This document shows positions 1-8,607 of a stretch of 24,676 nt of DNA, piece after piece (position 1 is the stretch's first letter; each line of letters starts with the position of its first letter). This DNA comes from a virus. Its lineage: Duplodnaviria; Caudoviricetes. The position numbers and the translations under genes are program-made. The notes beneath the pieces are model-generated. The model had not been told where the DNA came from. It made no database searches and worked only from the letters and a program-made list of their open reading frames with translations. The stretch covers positions 1 through 24,676 of IMG/VR virus record IMGVR_UViG_3300042934_001184. One strand, 5' to 3'.

Positions 1-34
1 GGTTGCCGGAAATTTTAGCCCGACAGGCATTCCC

Positions 35-1189
35 ATGAGCATGAGCATCCCTTATTCCGAGGTAAAAGCCATTCTGACCGATAAGGACGGCAATGTGGTG
101 ACTGCCAGCCTATGGGAGGAGTCCGTTGCACCATTGGCTCCTGCAGTGGCTGCTTCTTCTTCCACCTTGGTCCCTTCTGTGAATCTGGAGAAAATCTGGA
201 ACGGCACCGATACCGCCTATGTCTCCCGGGTAGAGGCCCTCCCCACCGGTACACTTACCCTGCTGACACCAGTGAGCCGGATCAAGGTCATCGAGCAGGA
301 GCTGCTGCGCAGACTTCTGATCATTTTCGCAGCCGGGGGAGTGGTAATGGCGGCACTTAGCCTGCTTTTTACAAGAAAGCTGATCCGCCCTCTGATGCTG
401 CTGAAGGATGAATTGGAGAAGGTGAAGGAACGACGCTTCGCCCAGGTCCGGCTGGTCCGCGGCGGCGGGGAGATTGGGGCTGTTGCCCAAGCTGTTTACG
501 AAATGGCAGGAGAGCTGAACCGGTTTATCCGGGTGCAAAAGGAATTTTTCCAGAATGCCTCCCATGAGCTGAAAACACCTCTAATGTCCATTTCGGGCTA
601 TGCGGAGGGAATCCGGGACGGGCTTTTTGAAGGAAAGCAGGTGGAGCGGGGTTTGGACATCATTGTCAACGAATGCGTTCGGGTGAAAAAGCTGGTGATG
701 GAGATGACACTCCTGGCCAAGCTGGACAGCGCCGAGGATCTGTTCCGGGTAATGCCCGTGCCGTTGGTGGAGCTGGTCCGGGAGACCGTAGAACGGATTA
801 ATCCCATGCTGGCCGCCAAAGGGTTATCTGTACGGGTGGTGCTGCCCGATGAGGGTGCACCCATTATCCGGGCCGACCGGGATAAGCTGCTCCAGGCGCT
901 TCTGAATGTGGCTAGCAACGGAGTGCGCTATGCACGGACGGGTATTGTGATAAGGGTAGCCGTTGTGCAGGGAGAGGCTAGTCTGTCTGTGAGCGATGAC
1001 GGCTGCGGGTTTCCGGAGGAGCTGTTGCCCATGCTGTTTCACCGCTTCGTGAAGGGCAAGGACGGGGAGTCCGGGCTGGGGCTGGCTATCTCCCGGGCGA
1101 TTGTCGAGGGCTGCGGGGGTGCCATCACAGCAGGCAACCGCCCGGAAGGGGGCGCCGTGATTTCTATGACGCTGCCTGCCGCCGCGTAG
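35..1189 (+). CDS. Two-component sensor histidine kinase (TM-HAMP-HisKA-HATPase_c); N-terminus probably lies upstream of the window
   Basis: TM segment LLIIFAAGGVVMAALSLLF, HAMP (GGEIGAVAQAVYEMA), H-box FFQNASHELKTPL, N-box LLNVASNGVRY, G1 DDGCGF, G2 GLGLAI. Only one TM is visible, suggesting the true start is left of the window. Confidence 0.93.
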   Translation: MSMSIPYSEVKAILTDKDGNVVTASLWEESVAPLAPAVAASSSTLVPSVNLEKIWNGTDTAYVSRVEALPTGTLTLLTPVSRIKVIEQELLRRLLIIFAAGGVVMAALSLLFTRKLIRPLMLLKDELEKVKERRFAQVRLVRGGGEIGAVAQAVYEMAGELNRFIRVQKEFFQNASHELKTPLMSISGYAEGIRDGLFEGKQVERGLDIIVNECVRVKKLVMEMTLLAKLDSAEDLFRVMPVPLVELVRETVERINPMLAAKGLSVRVVLPDEGAPIIRADRDKLLQALLNVASNGVRYARTGIVIRVAVVQGEASLSVSDDGCGFPEELLPMLFHRFVKGKDGESGLGLAISRAIVEGCGGAITAGNRPEGGAVISMTLPAAA

Positions 1190-1291
1190 CTGTTTATAAC
1201 AACATGCAAAAAGCCATCCATGCCGCCGTTATGCGGGGCACCGATGGCCGATGAAGCTTCCATAACACATCCAGCTTACGCCTTGCGGCAA

Positions 1292-1450
1292 CTAGAACAT
1301 GGGAAACACATACCGCACCAGGAAATAGAGCACCCCGAAGAAAATAATCAGATACGCCGCGTACTTGATAAAGGTGGACATGACTTCGCTGCTGTCCGTC
1401 TTTTTTTCAATGCGCGTTTCTTTGATTTCGCGGTCGTTTACGGGCTCCAT
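1292..1450 (-). CDS. Small 52-aa single-pass membrane protein (below the ORF-track cutoff)
   Basis: Hand translation: MEPVNDREIKETRIEKKTDSSEVMSTFIKYAAYLIIFFGVLYFLVRYVFPMF*. GAGGAGG RBS 9 nt upstream of ATG 1450; charged N-half and one hydrophobic helix. Confidence 0.75.
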   Translation of the reverse strand: MEPVNDREIKETRIEKKTDSSEVMSTFIKYAAYLIIFFGVLYFLVRYVFPMF

Positions 1451-1529
1451 GGCCATCCGCCTCCTCTTGTTGGGATAGGCGTTTTTACCCGCTGCAGGAA
1501 GAGGTCAAACAACGGCGGAGGATCCGGGC

Positions 1530-2420
1530 TTATTGGCCGATCCACTTCTTACGGTATTGGTAGGGGGTGGTCCCCATATGGATTTTGAACAGTCTGCAAA
1601 AATAAGAGCCGTTCATCAGCCCGATCTCCTCTGCAATCAAAGAGACAGGCTTGTGGGTAGTGGTCAGCAGTTGGACTGCCTGATGGATCCTGCGGGTCGC
1701 TATATAATCGGAGATGGTAATCCCGGTGGCAGCCTTAAACAAATGGGCGATATGGTACGGGGACAAATGGAGCGCCTGGGCCATTTCCTCCAGACTGTAC
1801 GGCACCGTATAGTTGGCCTCGATCCAGCTTAAGATATGCTCCACCTGATGATTCTTCCGGCGGCTCTCCATATCGGTGTCCAACAGCTCCTGCTTGTCCC
1901 ATAATTGCTTCAGCTTGCGGAACAGGATCACCAGAAATAAGGAGGCTTCCTCATTCCGGTCCTTCTCGGGAAGAGACGGCAGCCGCTGCTGCATGTCAAC
2001 AAACAATTGCTCCAAATCATCCCCGCCATCCACCCCGTAAATACACGGAAAGGGCAGCTTCCCCAGATGGATAAACTGAAAAAAGCTGTGCAGCACCGGC
2101 CACTTCTGAAAATGGCTCTCGAACATGGTCGGCTCAAAAATGACCACCGACCGTTCGAAGGATTGGTTATCCGCATAATCCAAACTCAGATGGTGAAGCT
2201 GGCAGGGCTGGAACATGCAGAGCATTCCCGGCTTGATGGGATAGCTGTTGTTATTGACAATCATGGTGCCCTTACCCTGATGAATCCACAAAAACTCCAT
2301 GCCCAGATGGGAGTGGAAGGTTTCCTTATGCTCATAGTTAACGCTTTTCCGCTTATAGGCAAGCTGCAATGGTTCCTCACTGTAGTGGCCCACTACATAT
2401 GGCATTGGTTTATCCTCCAT
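1530..2420 (-). CDS. AraC-family transcriptional regulator (cupin N-domain + double HTH)
   Basis: Cupin motif FHSHLGMEFLWIHQGKG...H; C-terminal SLEEMAQALHLSPYHIAHLFKAATG...IAEEIGLMNGSYFCRLFKIHMGTTPYQYRK. Divergent from the oxidoreductase. Confidence 0.95.
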   Translation of the reverse strand: MEDKPMPYVVGHYSEEPLQLAYKRKSVNYEHKETFHSHLGMEFLWIHQGKGTMIVNNNSYPIKPGMLCMFQPCQLHHLSLDYADNQSFERSVVIFEPTMFESHFQKWPVLHSFFQFIHLGKLPFPCIYGVDGGDDLEQLFVDMQQRLPSLPEKDRNEEASLFLVILFRKLKQLWDKQELLDTDMESRRKNHQVEHILSWIEANYTVPYSLEEMAQALHLSPYHIAHLFKAATGITISDYIATRRIHQAVQLLTTTHKPVSLIAEEIGLMNGSYFCRLFKIHMGTTPYQYRKKWIGQ

Positions 2421-2701
2421 CGGGCTTCATCCTGAGCGCTGGTGGAACACACTCCGCTTCGCAAGCATATGACGATGGCTCCGGCTATCTCTACTATATC
2501 ACAGACAGCCTGAACAACCGCAATCTGGTGTTATTTTTTCCGCCATTCCGCATCACAATTGGGGTTTGGTATCCGCTATCATTTAGGATAGAGAGGAGCT
2601 TGTAATTTTCCTTTTACGTATCTGCAAAAAGAAGATTGAGTTACCCCGGTTTTTCAGCGGGAGCAGCTGCAAATACATGTTACGAGAGCGGGAGGCGCTT
2701 C

Positions 2702-3781
2702 ATGATGCAAAAGAGTGACGGAATGAATTACGCACCTAAAGGAAAACCCAATCCGGTGGTCAAGCCGGGAGAGTTTGTAATCGCAGCGGTTTCGTTGGAT
2801 CACGGCCATATCTATGGAATGGTCAACGGTTTGCTGGAAGCGGGCGCTACACTGAAATGGGTGTATGACCGTGAACCGTCTAAGGCGGCGGCCTTCGCCA
2901 AGACCTATCCCCAGGTGCGTATCGCCTCCACGGAGGAGGAGGTTCTGGCCGACCCTGAAGTGCAGCTGGTTGCAGGCGCCGCCATTACGTCGGAACGCGG
3001 CCCCCTTGGCTTGCGGGCTATGGATGCGGGCAAGGACTATTTTACGGACAAGGCCCCCTTCACCACGCTGGAACAGCTGGAGGCTGCCCGGGCCAAGGTT
3101 CGGGAAACCGGCCGGAAATATATGGTGTACTACAGCGAACGCCTTCACGTGGAATCGGCGGTTTATGCCGGACAGCTCATCGAGCAGGGCGCCATCGGGC
3201 GTGTGGTCCAGGTGACCGGCTTCGGTCCGCACCGGCTCAATGCCCCCTCCCGGCCGGATTGGTTCTTCAAGAAGGAGCAATATGGCGGCATTCTCTGCGA
3301 TATTGGCAGCCATCAGGTAGAGCAGTTCCTCTTCTATGCAGGCTGCAAAAGCGCCCAGGTGCTGCACAGCAAGGTGGCCAATTATAGTGCAAAGGATTAT
3401 CCCGAGCTGGAAGACTTCGGCGATGCCACTCTGCTGGGCGATAATGGGGCAACCCAATATTTCCGGGTGGACTGGCTCACCCCTGCCGGCTTAGGCACCT
3501 GGGGAGACGGCCGTACTCTCATTCTGGGCACAGAGGGCTACATTGAGCTTCGCAAATATATCGACATCGCCCGTGACAAATCCAGCAACCATGTGTATCT
3601 GGTTAACGGGCAGGGAGAGTATCATTTCCATGTGGACGGCCAAGTGGGCTACCCGTTCTTCGGCGAGCTGATCCTGGACTGCCTGCACCGCACGGAAAAA
3701 GCCATGACCCAGGAGCATGCCTTTATGGCCGCGGAATTGTGCCTGAAGGCGCAGCTGCAGGCTGTGCGCATCGAGGGGTAA
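2702..3781 (+). CDS. Gfo/Idh/MocA-family NAD(P)-dependent oxidoreductase
   Basis: AGKDYFTDKAP (EKP-like motif) and GGILCDIGSHQVE. Start moved from 2636 to ATG 2702, which follows a GGGAGG RBS. Confidence 0.92.
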   Translation: MMQKSDGMNYAPKGKPNPVVKPGEFVIAAVSLDHGHIYGMVNGLLEAGATLKWVYDREPSKAAAFAKTYPQVRIASTEEEVLADPEVQLVAGAAITSERGPLGLRAMDAGKDYFTDKAPFTTLEQLEAARAKVRETGRKYMVYYSERLHVESAVYAGQLIEQGAIGRVVQVTGFGPHRLNAPSRPDWFFKKEQYGGILCDIGSHQVEQFLFYAGCKSAQVLHSKVANYSAKDYPELEDFGDATLLGDNGATQYFRVDWLTPAGLGTWGDGRTLILGTEGYIELRKYIDIARDKSSNHVYLVNGQGEYHFHVDGQVGYPFFGELILDCLHRTEKAMTQEHAFMAAELCLKAQLQAVRIEG

Positions 3782-3789
3782 TATGTATG

Positions 3790-3821
3790 AAGCCGCATGA
3801 TGGTGGTCATGCGGCTTTTTG
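3790..3821 (+). terminator. Intrinsic terminator after the oxidoreductase; marks the left boundary of the tail element
   Basis: AAGCCGCATGA-tggtgg-TCATGCGGCTT followed by a T run; lies between the convergent stop codons at 3781 and 3849. Confidence 0.85.
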
Positions 3822-3848
3822 CTTTTTTCGCTGAGGTGAGGGCTTGGC

Positions 3849-4649
3849 TTATTCCGCCTGCAGCCCGGACGCAGCCCGCAGTTCATTGGCCAGATGATGC
3901 TGCCAATCCCGCAGCCCCTTCCACGCCTCCGCATCTGCGGCGCGGCCCTCCCGCTCTGCTTGAGCCCGTTCAGCCTCACACTCGGCCCAATATTTTTTTA
4001 GAAAGCTGTCGATGATGTTGGCCGCCACTTCCTTGTCCAGCTGCGGCGCCGCCGGTTTTATTGCCATGCCCACTCGCCACCCTCCCGCATCCCCGTTGGA
4101 CTCGCAGCGGTCAATGCCGATGCCGTTTACGGAGATGTCATTTTCATATTGGTAGATGCTGTTTTGCGGAAATACCTGCCCGCGGCTCCAGGCATAGGTT
4201 TGCATCAGCTTTTGTGTTATGCCACGTTCATACATTCCTTTGCAGACGGCATAAGAGCCGTAGATACCCAGCTCATACCCTTCTATCTCCGCATCAAAAG
4301 CTCTCATATATGCTTCAATGCGGTCATAGTCCATTGGCTGCGCATCGTAATCCACGGCGGTGTAGATGGCACTGCCCTCTGGCTGCCCAACTTGCTTGGC
4401 ATGTGCAAGCGCTTGTCTGCCATCAGTTTGTCCCGCGGCAGCACCTTCCCTGGAACGGTTCGCAGTGCGTTCATACAGAGAGACAATGTATAAGCCCGCC
4501 TCGGAAATTTCCCTGGTCTCGGTAGCCGAAAGCGCCTTCCAGCTGGTAGGGTTATCCAAATACCTCCCCGCAAAAACGAAGCCCTGGGCAGCAAACAGCC
4601 GGGCTTTATCTGCCGTTATCCGAGTGGCGGTATCAAAGCCTTTTGCCAT
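3849..4649 (-). CDS. Endolysin, DUF1906/GH25-like glycoside hydrolase with a helical C-terminal domain
   Basis: GFD..., FAGRYL, G..DG..A...A..VGQPEGSAIYTAVDYD, GIYGSY, QTYAWS are typical of DUF1906 TIM-barrel lysins. Last gene of the lysis cassette. Confidence 0.85.
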   Translation of the reverse strand: MAKGFDTATRITADKARLFAAQGFVFAGRYLDNPTSWKALSATETREISEAGLYIVSLYERTANRSREGAAAGQTDGRQALAHAKQVGQPEGSAIYTAVDYDAQPMDYDRIEAYMRAFDAEIEGYELGIYGSYAVCKGMYERGITQKLMQTYAWSRGQVFPQNSIYQYENDISVNGIGIDRCESNGDAGGWRVGMAIKPAAPQLDKEVAANIIDSFLKKYWAECEAERAQAEREGRAADAEAWKGLRDWQHHLANELRAASGLQAE

Positions 4650-4650
4650 C

Positions 4651-5013
4651 TTAAGCGGCCCCCCGGTTCTTCACGTCAAGCTCCTGCCACGCTTTCTGCA
4701 CAGCGGCTGTCACGTCTTCTGCGGACAGGCCGATCTTGTCCAGACGCAGCCGGTCCAGCACATACCTCACCGCCTCATTAAGCTTATGGTGGCCGTCTTC
4801 TGTGGCATATTGATGCTCCACCCATGCGTAGGCTTCACCCGCCAGCTTATGCAGAAGCTCCCGCTGGGCGGCGCTTGTCCGGGCGTTCAGCCAAGCCTCC
4901 ACCTTGGTGCGGAGCCGGGCGATCAGGGCCAGGATGAGCATAGCCAAGAGGCCGATAATGGCGGTTGCGATGGTTTCCAAATAAGGCTGGGCAATTTCGA
5001 TAATGGTGTTCAT
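4651..5013 (-). CDS. Holin (LL-H family-like)
   Basis: One N-terminal TM helix, then LAGEAYAWVEHQY...G..KLNEAV.YV...AAVQKAW pattern. AAGGAGG RBS; immediately upstream of the endolysin. Confidence 0.8.
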   Translation of the reverse strand: MNTIIEIAQPYLETIATAIIGLLAMLILALIARLRTKVEAWLNARTSAAQRELLHKLAGEAYAWVEHQYATEDGHHKLNEAVRYVLDRLRLDKIGLSAEDVTAAVQKAWQELDVKNRGAA

Positions 5014-5043
5014 TGTGGTGTATCCTCCTTGGGGCGGCTGGGA

Positions 5044-5352
5044 TTAGCCGCCCATCAGTTTAATTAGTAAGGTGGCGCTGGCAATACCGGTGCCCACCAT
5101 GGTGACCGTTAGTCCGATGAGCCAGCGCTGGGCGGCCTGCATATCATTCAGGCGGTGGTGAGCAGAACGTGAGGCGTTGGAGGTGTCCGTCACCAGCTTC
5201 TCCAGCACCTCCAGCCGCCGGGAATGATCCGTCAGCTCCCGCATCAGCGTCACTACCTCCCGCAGCTGCAGCCGCACCTCGGTCATCTCCTTGACCGTTT
5301 CTTTCAAATCCTCGCATGGCGCTGAAGCCACGGGGCAGTCCTTCTGTGTCAT
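5044..5352 (-). CDS. XhlA/hemolysin-like lysis accessory protein (coiled coil + C-terminal TM)
   Basis: Start reassigned to ATG 5352 (MTQKDCPV...), after a GAAGGGAGGGGG RBS. Coiled coil, SRSAHHRLND motif, then TM WLIGLTVTMVGTGIASATLLI. Position matches PBSX xhlA. Confidence 0.7.
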   Translation of the reverse strand: MTQKDCPVASAPCEDLKETVKEMTEVRLQLREVVTLMRELTDHSRRLEVLEKLVTDTSNASRSAHHRLNDMQAAQRWLIGLTVTMVGTGIASATLLIKLMGG

Positions 5353-5373
5353 TAGTACCCCCTCCCTTCGGGG

Positions 5374-5426
5374 AAAAAAATGGCCCCTGGGTATCCAGGG
5401 GCATAAAAAATACGCCTTGTGGGCGC
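5374..5426 (-). terminator. Two tandem terminator-like hairpins between the fibre genes and the lysis cassette
   Basis: Minus strand: CGCC-cacaa-GGCG-TATTTTTT, then GCCCCTGG-atac-CCAGGGGC-CATTTTTTT (8-bp perfect stem at 5383-5402). Confidence 0.65.
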
Positions 5427-5604
5427 TCACTTTACTCGGTATCCGGAATGGGATTGCCGCTATTTTTATCAGATCCAACACCAACAGAAAAGCTAAAACT
5501 CTTCTTCTTTGCTGAAACTTCATTAATCTTCATAAGTCAGGGCAGGGGATTTGATAGCCATAGTATCGACTTTCCATAGTTTAATGGAAGCGCGGAGAAG
5601 CAGA

Positions 5605-5718
5605 TTAGCTAGCCAGTAACGCATTAAGCAGCGCCTCCACCTCATTCCGGTGCCTGGTCGGCACATCGTCCAATTTTTTGACGCCTTTGCGAATCAGGTC
5701 AGCGTATATTTTTGCCAT
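5605..5718 (-). CDS. Small 37-aa fibre-associated protein (CD1375/XkdX-like), cassette B
   Basis: Hand translation: MAKIYADLIRKGVKKLDDVPTRHRNEVEALLNALLAS*. GGAGGTG RBS; TAATG overlap with the upstream gene; paralog at 8115-8216. Confidence 0.85.
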   Translation of the reverse strand: MAKIYADLIRKGVKKLDDVPTRHRNEVEALLNALLAS

Positions 5719-5897
5719 TAACTATCACCTCCCATAATGACCAGCAGTTGCTCGTATACCTCGGTAAGGGCTACCTGCAGGCTGGTAATCTCTTTTTTGT
5801 CTGCGAGATTGGATTCGCAGGACTCCACAAGAGCAATCTGCGTATCAGTAAGTTGCTGCTCTAGGATGGTTATGCGCTCCTCGGCTGACGGACCAGG
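5634..5897. repeat. Direct repeat 2, copy B (chaperone C-half + small gene); partner at ~8132-8395
   Basis: Offset 2498 bp; shared blocks such as agggctacctgcaggctggt and tttgccatta.ctatcacctcc. More diverged than repeat 1. Confidence 0.85.
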
Positions 5898-6074
5898 CTC
5901 CGGCAATGGTTCCTGATCCGGGCGTGTCCACCCTCCATCCATGTAGATGTCGCCGGGCTGTATTTCCTCGTTATCCCCCAGCGGGAACATGTGGTCGGAT
6001 TCGATTTCCCCGGCCAGAAGGGATACGCTAATGCATCTTCCCGTGTCCAAATCGATTTGTGCATATCTTGGCAT
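5718..6074 (-). CDS. Tail-fibre assembly chaperone-like protein, cassette B
   Basis: Start reassigned to ATG 6074 (MPRYAQID...), after an AAGGAGG RBS. Directly follows fibre B; its C-terminal coiled coil is paralogous to that of 8216-8596. Confidence 0.7.
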   Translation of the reverse strand: MPRYAQIDLDTGRCISVSLLAGEIESDHMFPLGDNEEIQPGDIYMDGGWTRPDQEPLPEPGPSAEERITILEQQLTDTQIALVESCESNLADKKEITSLQVALTEVYEQLLVIMGGDS

Positions 6075-6085
6075 GTTAGCCCTCC

Positions 6086-7807
6086 TTAATAATATTGTAC
6101 GATTTCCCACGCAATACGTGCTGACCCTGACCCTGCATTATTGACGTGACTTATAGCCAAGTTAGTGCTGCTTGTTAAGGTAACATCTACCTTAAGTTGC
6201 CCACCGCCATCAGCAATAGTTGAGAGAGACAAAAAGGACTTAGTTAAATCCACAGCTGATATCGTCACATTTGTTGTTGCAAAAGTAGAGGTATACGATA
6301 TTGCAGTCACCCCACGCTGAACACTCTTTATTCCTCCCATAGGTCTCCAGACTCCTCCTTGTAAATACTCCAAAACTCCGTCGTTGTTACGCAATGCCGT
6401 CGAACCATCACCAATCATAATCGGTTGAAATGGATTAGCGTAGTTAAGATATATCCCCTCTCCATTTGCTCCATCTATGTGCCGTACCTTTAGAGCTTTC
6501 GGGTATGCAATCTTAACGTTTTCCGTAAATTGTGTTTCCCCTCCGGGAAAAACCGTGATCCGTGTCGTGCCTAATGTATCCTCTCGTATATCTAGCATGC
6601 TTCCATCAGCAACAATAAACCACTTTTTTCCTACATCTGATTCTGTCATTTGGATGATAGGCGCTCCATTAGTAATCTGCAAGGTTCCCGTTATGGGAGC
6701 ACTACCATCTGTAGGAAGTGCAGTTTTACCGCGCACAGTGTCAGCATCCAACCCGCTCCCTGCTCCATCATTGCCAGAATGCCAAGCCGTATTATAGTTA
6801 CCTATATAGACTGCCGCGCTAGGATTATTGTAATTTAAGAACAAATCCCCAGGTCCCCCAGGTCCTGCTACACCATCTACATGACGGGCCTTCAAGCCAT
6901 GCGGAAAGGCAATTTCTAAGGGAGCAGCCATCGGTTCACTACCATCCTTAAGGAATGCCCCGTTAGACCGAGTCTGAGCAGCATCGGCTGTGCTTTGCGC
7001 CGCCGCAGCAGCTGTCACCCCAGCGCTTCCCCGGTCATAGGCATCCTTTACGGCCTTGGATGTAGCAGCCAGGGCTTCGGAGGTGCTATTTGTTGCGCTG
7101 GATAGCTGCACCTTGCCCTTAACGGTCAAACTGGCGTCTGGAATGGTCGCGCCCGACACCGCCGTATCCACATATCCCTTATTTGCAATATCGGCCGCCA
7201 CAGACGGAGCCACAACCTGCGCCCGTCCCGCTGAATCACGAGCCACCAGGGTGCTGACGGTTGGAGCTGCTGTTGCCCCATGTACAGTCCCGCCCAATGC
7301 TGTATGTGTGTTCAAACTGCTCTGCACCGCATCCACTGTATCCTTCCGCGCAATATCCGCCGCTGCAGAGGGTGCTGCCACCTGTGCCCGGCCGCTGGCA
7401 TCCCTCTTCATCAGCGTGCTGACCGTACCAGCATTGGTTGCCGCATCCAAAACCGTTTTAATGGCGGCGATGGTCATTCCCGGCAGGGTCCGCCAGGTGG
7501 CCCCGCCCGTGATGGCCTTGATCATGTTGGCCAGCCAACCGAACAGGGTAGTGGGTGTACCACTGTCACCTGTAGGGGCGGTGGTATCACTCACGGTACG
7601 GTTTCCAATCACCATATCCGTGGCAGCTCCTGCAGCTAGTCCACCACTCCCGATCTTAGGACCATCTCCTGCTACCCCAGTGTGACCATGGCCGGAGGAT
7701 GCCCCAAATTTTCCGTCCAGCAAATCACTGTTGCTGTTCAGATCCTCAATGTTGACAACATCCTCGGCGCCTGGCTTTTTCAAGCCTAAATTACTGGTTG
7801 TCTGCAC
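6086..7807 (-). CDS. Tail fibre / receptor-binding protein B (~573 aa)
   Basis: GTG start at 7807 (MQTTSNLGLKKP). Phage fibre repeat DASLTVKGKVQLSSATNSTSEALAATSKAVKDAYD; C-terminal IKSVQRG...WEIVQYY domain. Confidence 0.85.
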   Translation of the reverse strand: MQTTSNLGLKKPGAEDVVNIEDLNSNSDLLDGKFGASSGHGHTGVAGDGPKIGSGGLAAGAATDMVIGNRTVSDTTAPTGDSGTPTTLFGWLANMIKAITGGATWRTLPGMTIAAIKTVLDAATNAGTVSTLMKRDASGRAQVAAPSAAADIARKDTVDAVQSSLNTHTALGGTVHGATAAPTVSTLVARDSAGRAQVVAPSVAADIANKGYVDTAVSGATIPDASLTVKGKVQLSSATNSTSEALAATSKAVKDAYDRGSAGVTAAAAAQSTADAAQTRSNGAFLKDGSEPMAAPLEIAFPHGLKARHVDGVAGPGGPGDLFLNYNNPSAAVYIGNYNTAWHSGNDGAGSGLDADTVRGKTALPTDGSAPITGTLQITNGAPIIQMTESDVGKKWFIVADGSMLDIREDTLGTTRITVFPGGETQFTENVKIAYPKALKVRHIDGANGEGIYLNYANPFQPIMIGDGSTALRNNDGVLEYLQGGVWRPMGGIKSVQRGVTAISYTSTFATTNVTISAVDLTKSFLSLSTIADGGGQLKVDVTLTSSTNLAISHVNNAGSGSARIAWEIVQYY

Positions 7808-7827
7808 GTATTTCACTCTCCCCCATA
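6996..7827. repeat. Direct repeat 1, copy B (fibre N-terminal half); partner at 9686-10517
   Basis: Ungapped alignment at a constant offset of 2690 bp; 15 aa differences over ~271 residues by hand count. Confidence 0.95.
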
Positions 7828-8114
7828 AAATTTCTACTACCTCCAGATCCAAGCTCTAGTCTTCTTCTAAATGTTATTTAATTTTTTAAAGGACAAAGCC
7901 ATGGGCAGCGTTTAGTGGAACAATATTTTTGAGGTTTTTTGCATATTAGTTATACCTAAACGAAATCTTTACCAAAAAGAGCTGGGTATATCTTTTTGTT
8001 TAACTGATTTGTCAGTATGTGATTGATGCTCTAAGTAGAGTTAAAATAAGCACACAATTGTGAAAGTGAAACATAATTGCTCATAATACCAAAAAAAACA
8101 AATTGATAATTTAG

Positions 8115-8216
8115 TTACACTTTGAGCTGCTCCTCCACCTCATCCCGGTGTCGTGCAGGCACCTCATCTAATTTTTTGACACCTTTGCGGATCAAATCCG
8201 CGTATACCTTTGCCAT
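8115..8216 (-). CDS. Small 33-aa fibre-associated protein (CD1375/XkdX-like), cassette A
   Basis: Hand translation: MAKVYADLIRKGVKKLDEVPARHRDEVEEQLKV*. GGAGGTG RBS; TAATG overlap with the upstream gene. Confidence 0.85.
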   Translation of the reverse strand: MAKVYADLIRKGVKKLDEVPARHRDEVEEQLKV

Positions 8217-8395
8217 TAGCTATCACCTCCTGTAAGAATTAGCAGCCGCTCGTACACCTCTGTGAGGGCTACCTGCAGGCTGGTGACTTCACTCTGAGTG
8301 ATGAGATTAGACTCATTCGACTCGGTTAATACTACCTGCGTAACAGTAAGCTGCTGCTCCAGGAAGGTAATGCGTTCTTCCACCGTAGGTCCGGG
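8132..8395. repeat. Direct repeat 2, copy A; partner at ~5634-5897
   Basis: Same shared blocks as copy B; the encoded protein segments align without gaps. Confidence 0.85.
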
Positions 8396-8596
8396 ATTGG
8401 GGGCTGTGGGCTGCGCCTCATAGAAGACTTCCCGTGTGACCGGGTTAATTTTGGCTCTGTGCCCCTCCGGGATATTCATGAGGGTTTCCAGTATCTTTTC
8501 CACAAAGAAGTGTGGAAGCTGAATATCGTCCTCCTCTGTGAGGTATGCACTAGTACCGATGAAATACCCAGACTCGTCGTATAAAATTGCAATCAT
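8216..8596 (-). CDS. Tail-fibre assembly chaperone-like protein, cassette A
   Basis: Follows fibre A with a GAGGTGA RBS; C-terminal EERITFLEQQL...SLQVALTEVYE coiled coil. Confidence 0.72.
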   Translation of the reverse strand: MIAILYDESGYFIGTSAYLTEEDDIQLPHFFVEKILETLMNIPEGHRAKINPVTREVFYEAQPTAPNPGPTVEERITFLEQQLTVTQVVLTESNESNLITQSEVTSLQVALTEVYERLLILTGGDS

Positions 8597-8607
8597 AGAT
8601 TATCACC

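Noticed and set aside
3782-3848. Search for attL/attR direct repeats at the element ends
   Set aside because: No repeat shared with 24256-24676 was seen by eye, and no adjacent tRNA or integrase is present.
5353-5523. N-terminal extension of the 159-aa ORF 5044-5523
   Set aside because: It runs through the terminator-like hairpins; the strong RBS points to ATG 5352.
7889-7910. GGACAAAGCCATGGG, resembling part of a c-di-GMP-I riboswitch
   Set aside because: The upstream GNRA-capped stem and downstream pairing are absent, and it is on the strand opposite the operon.
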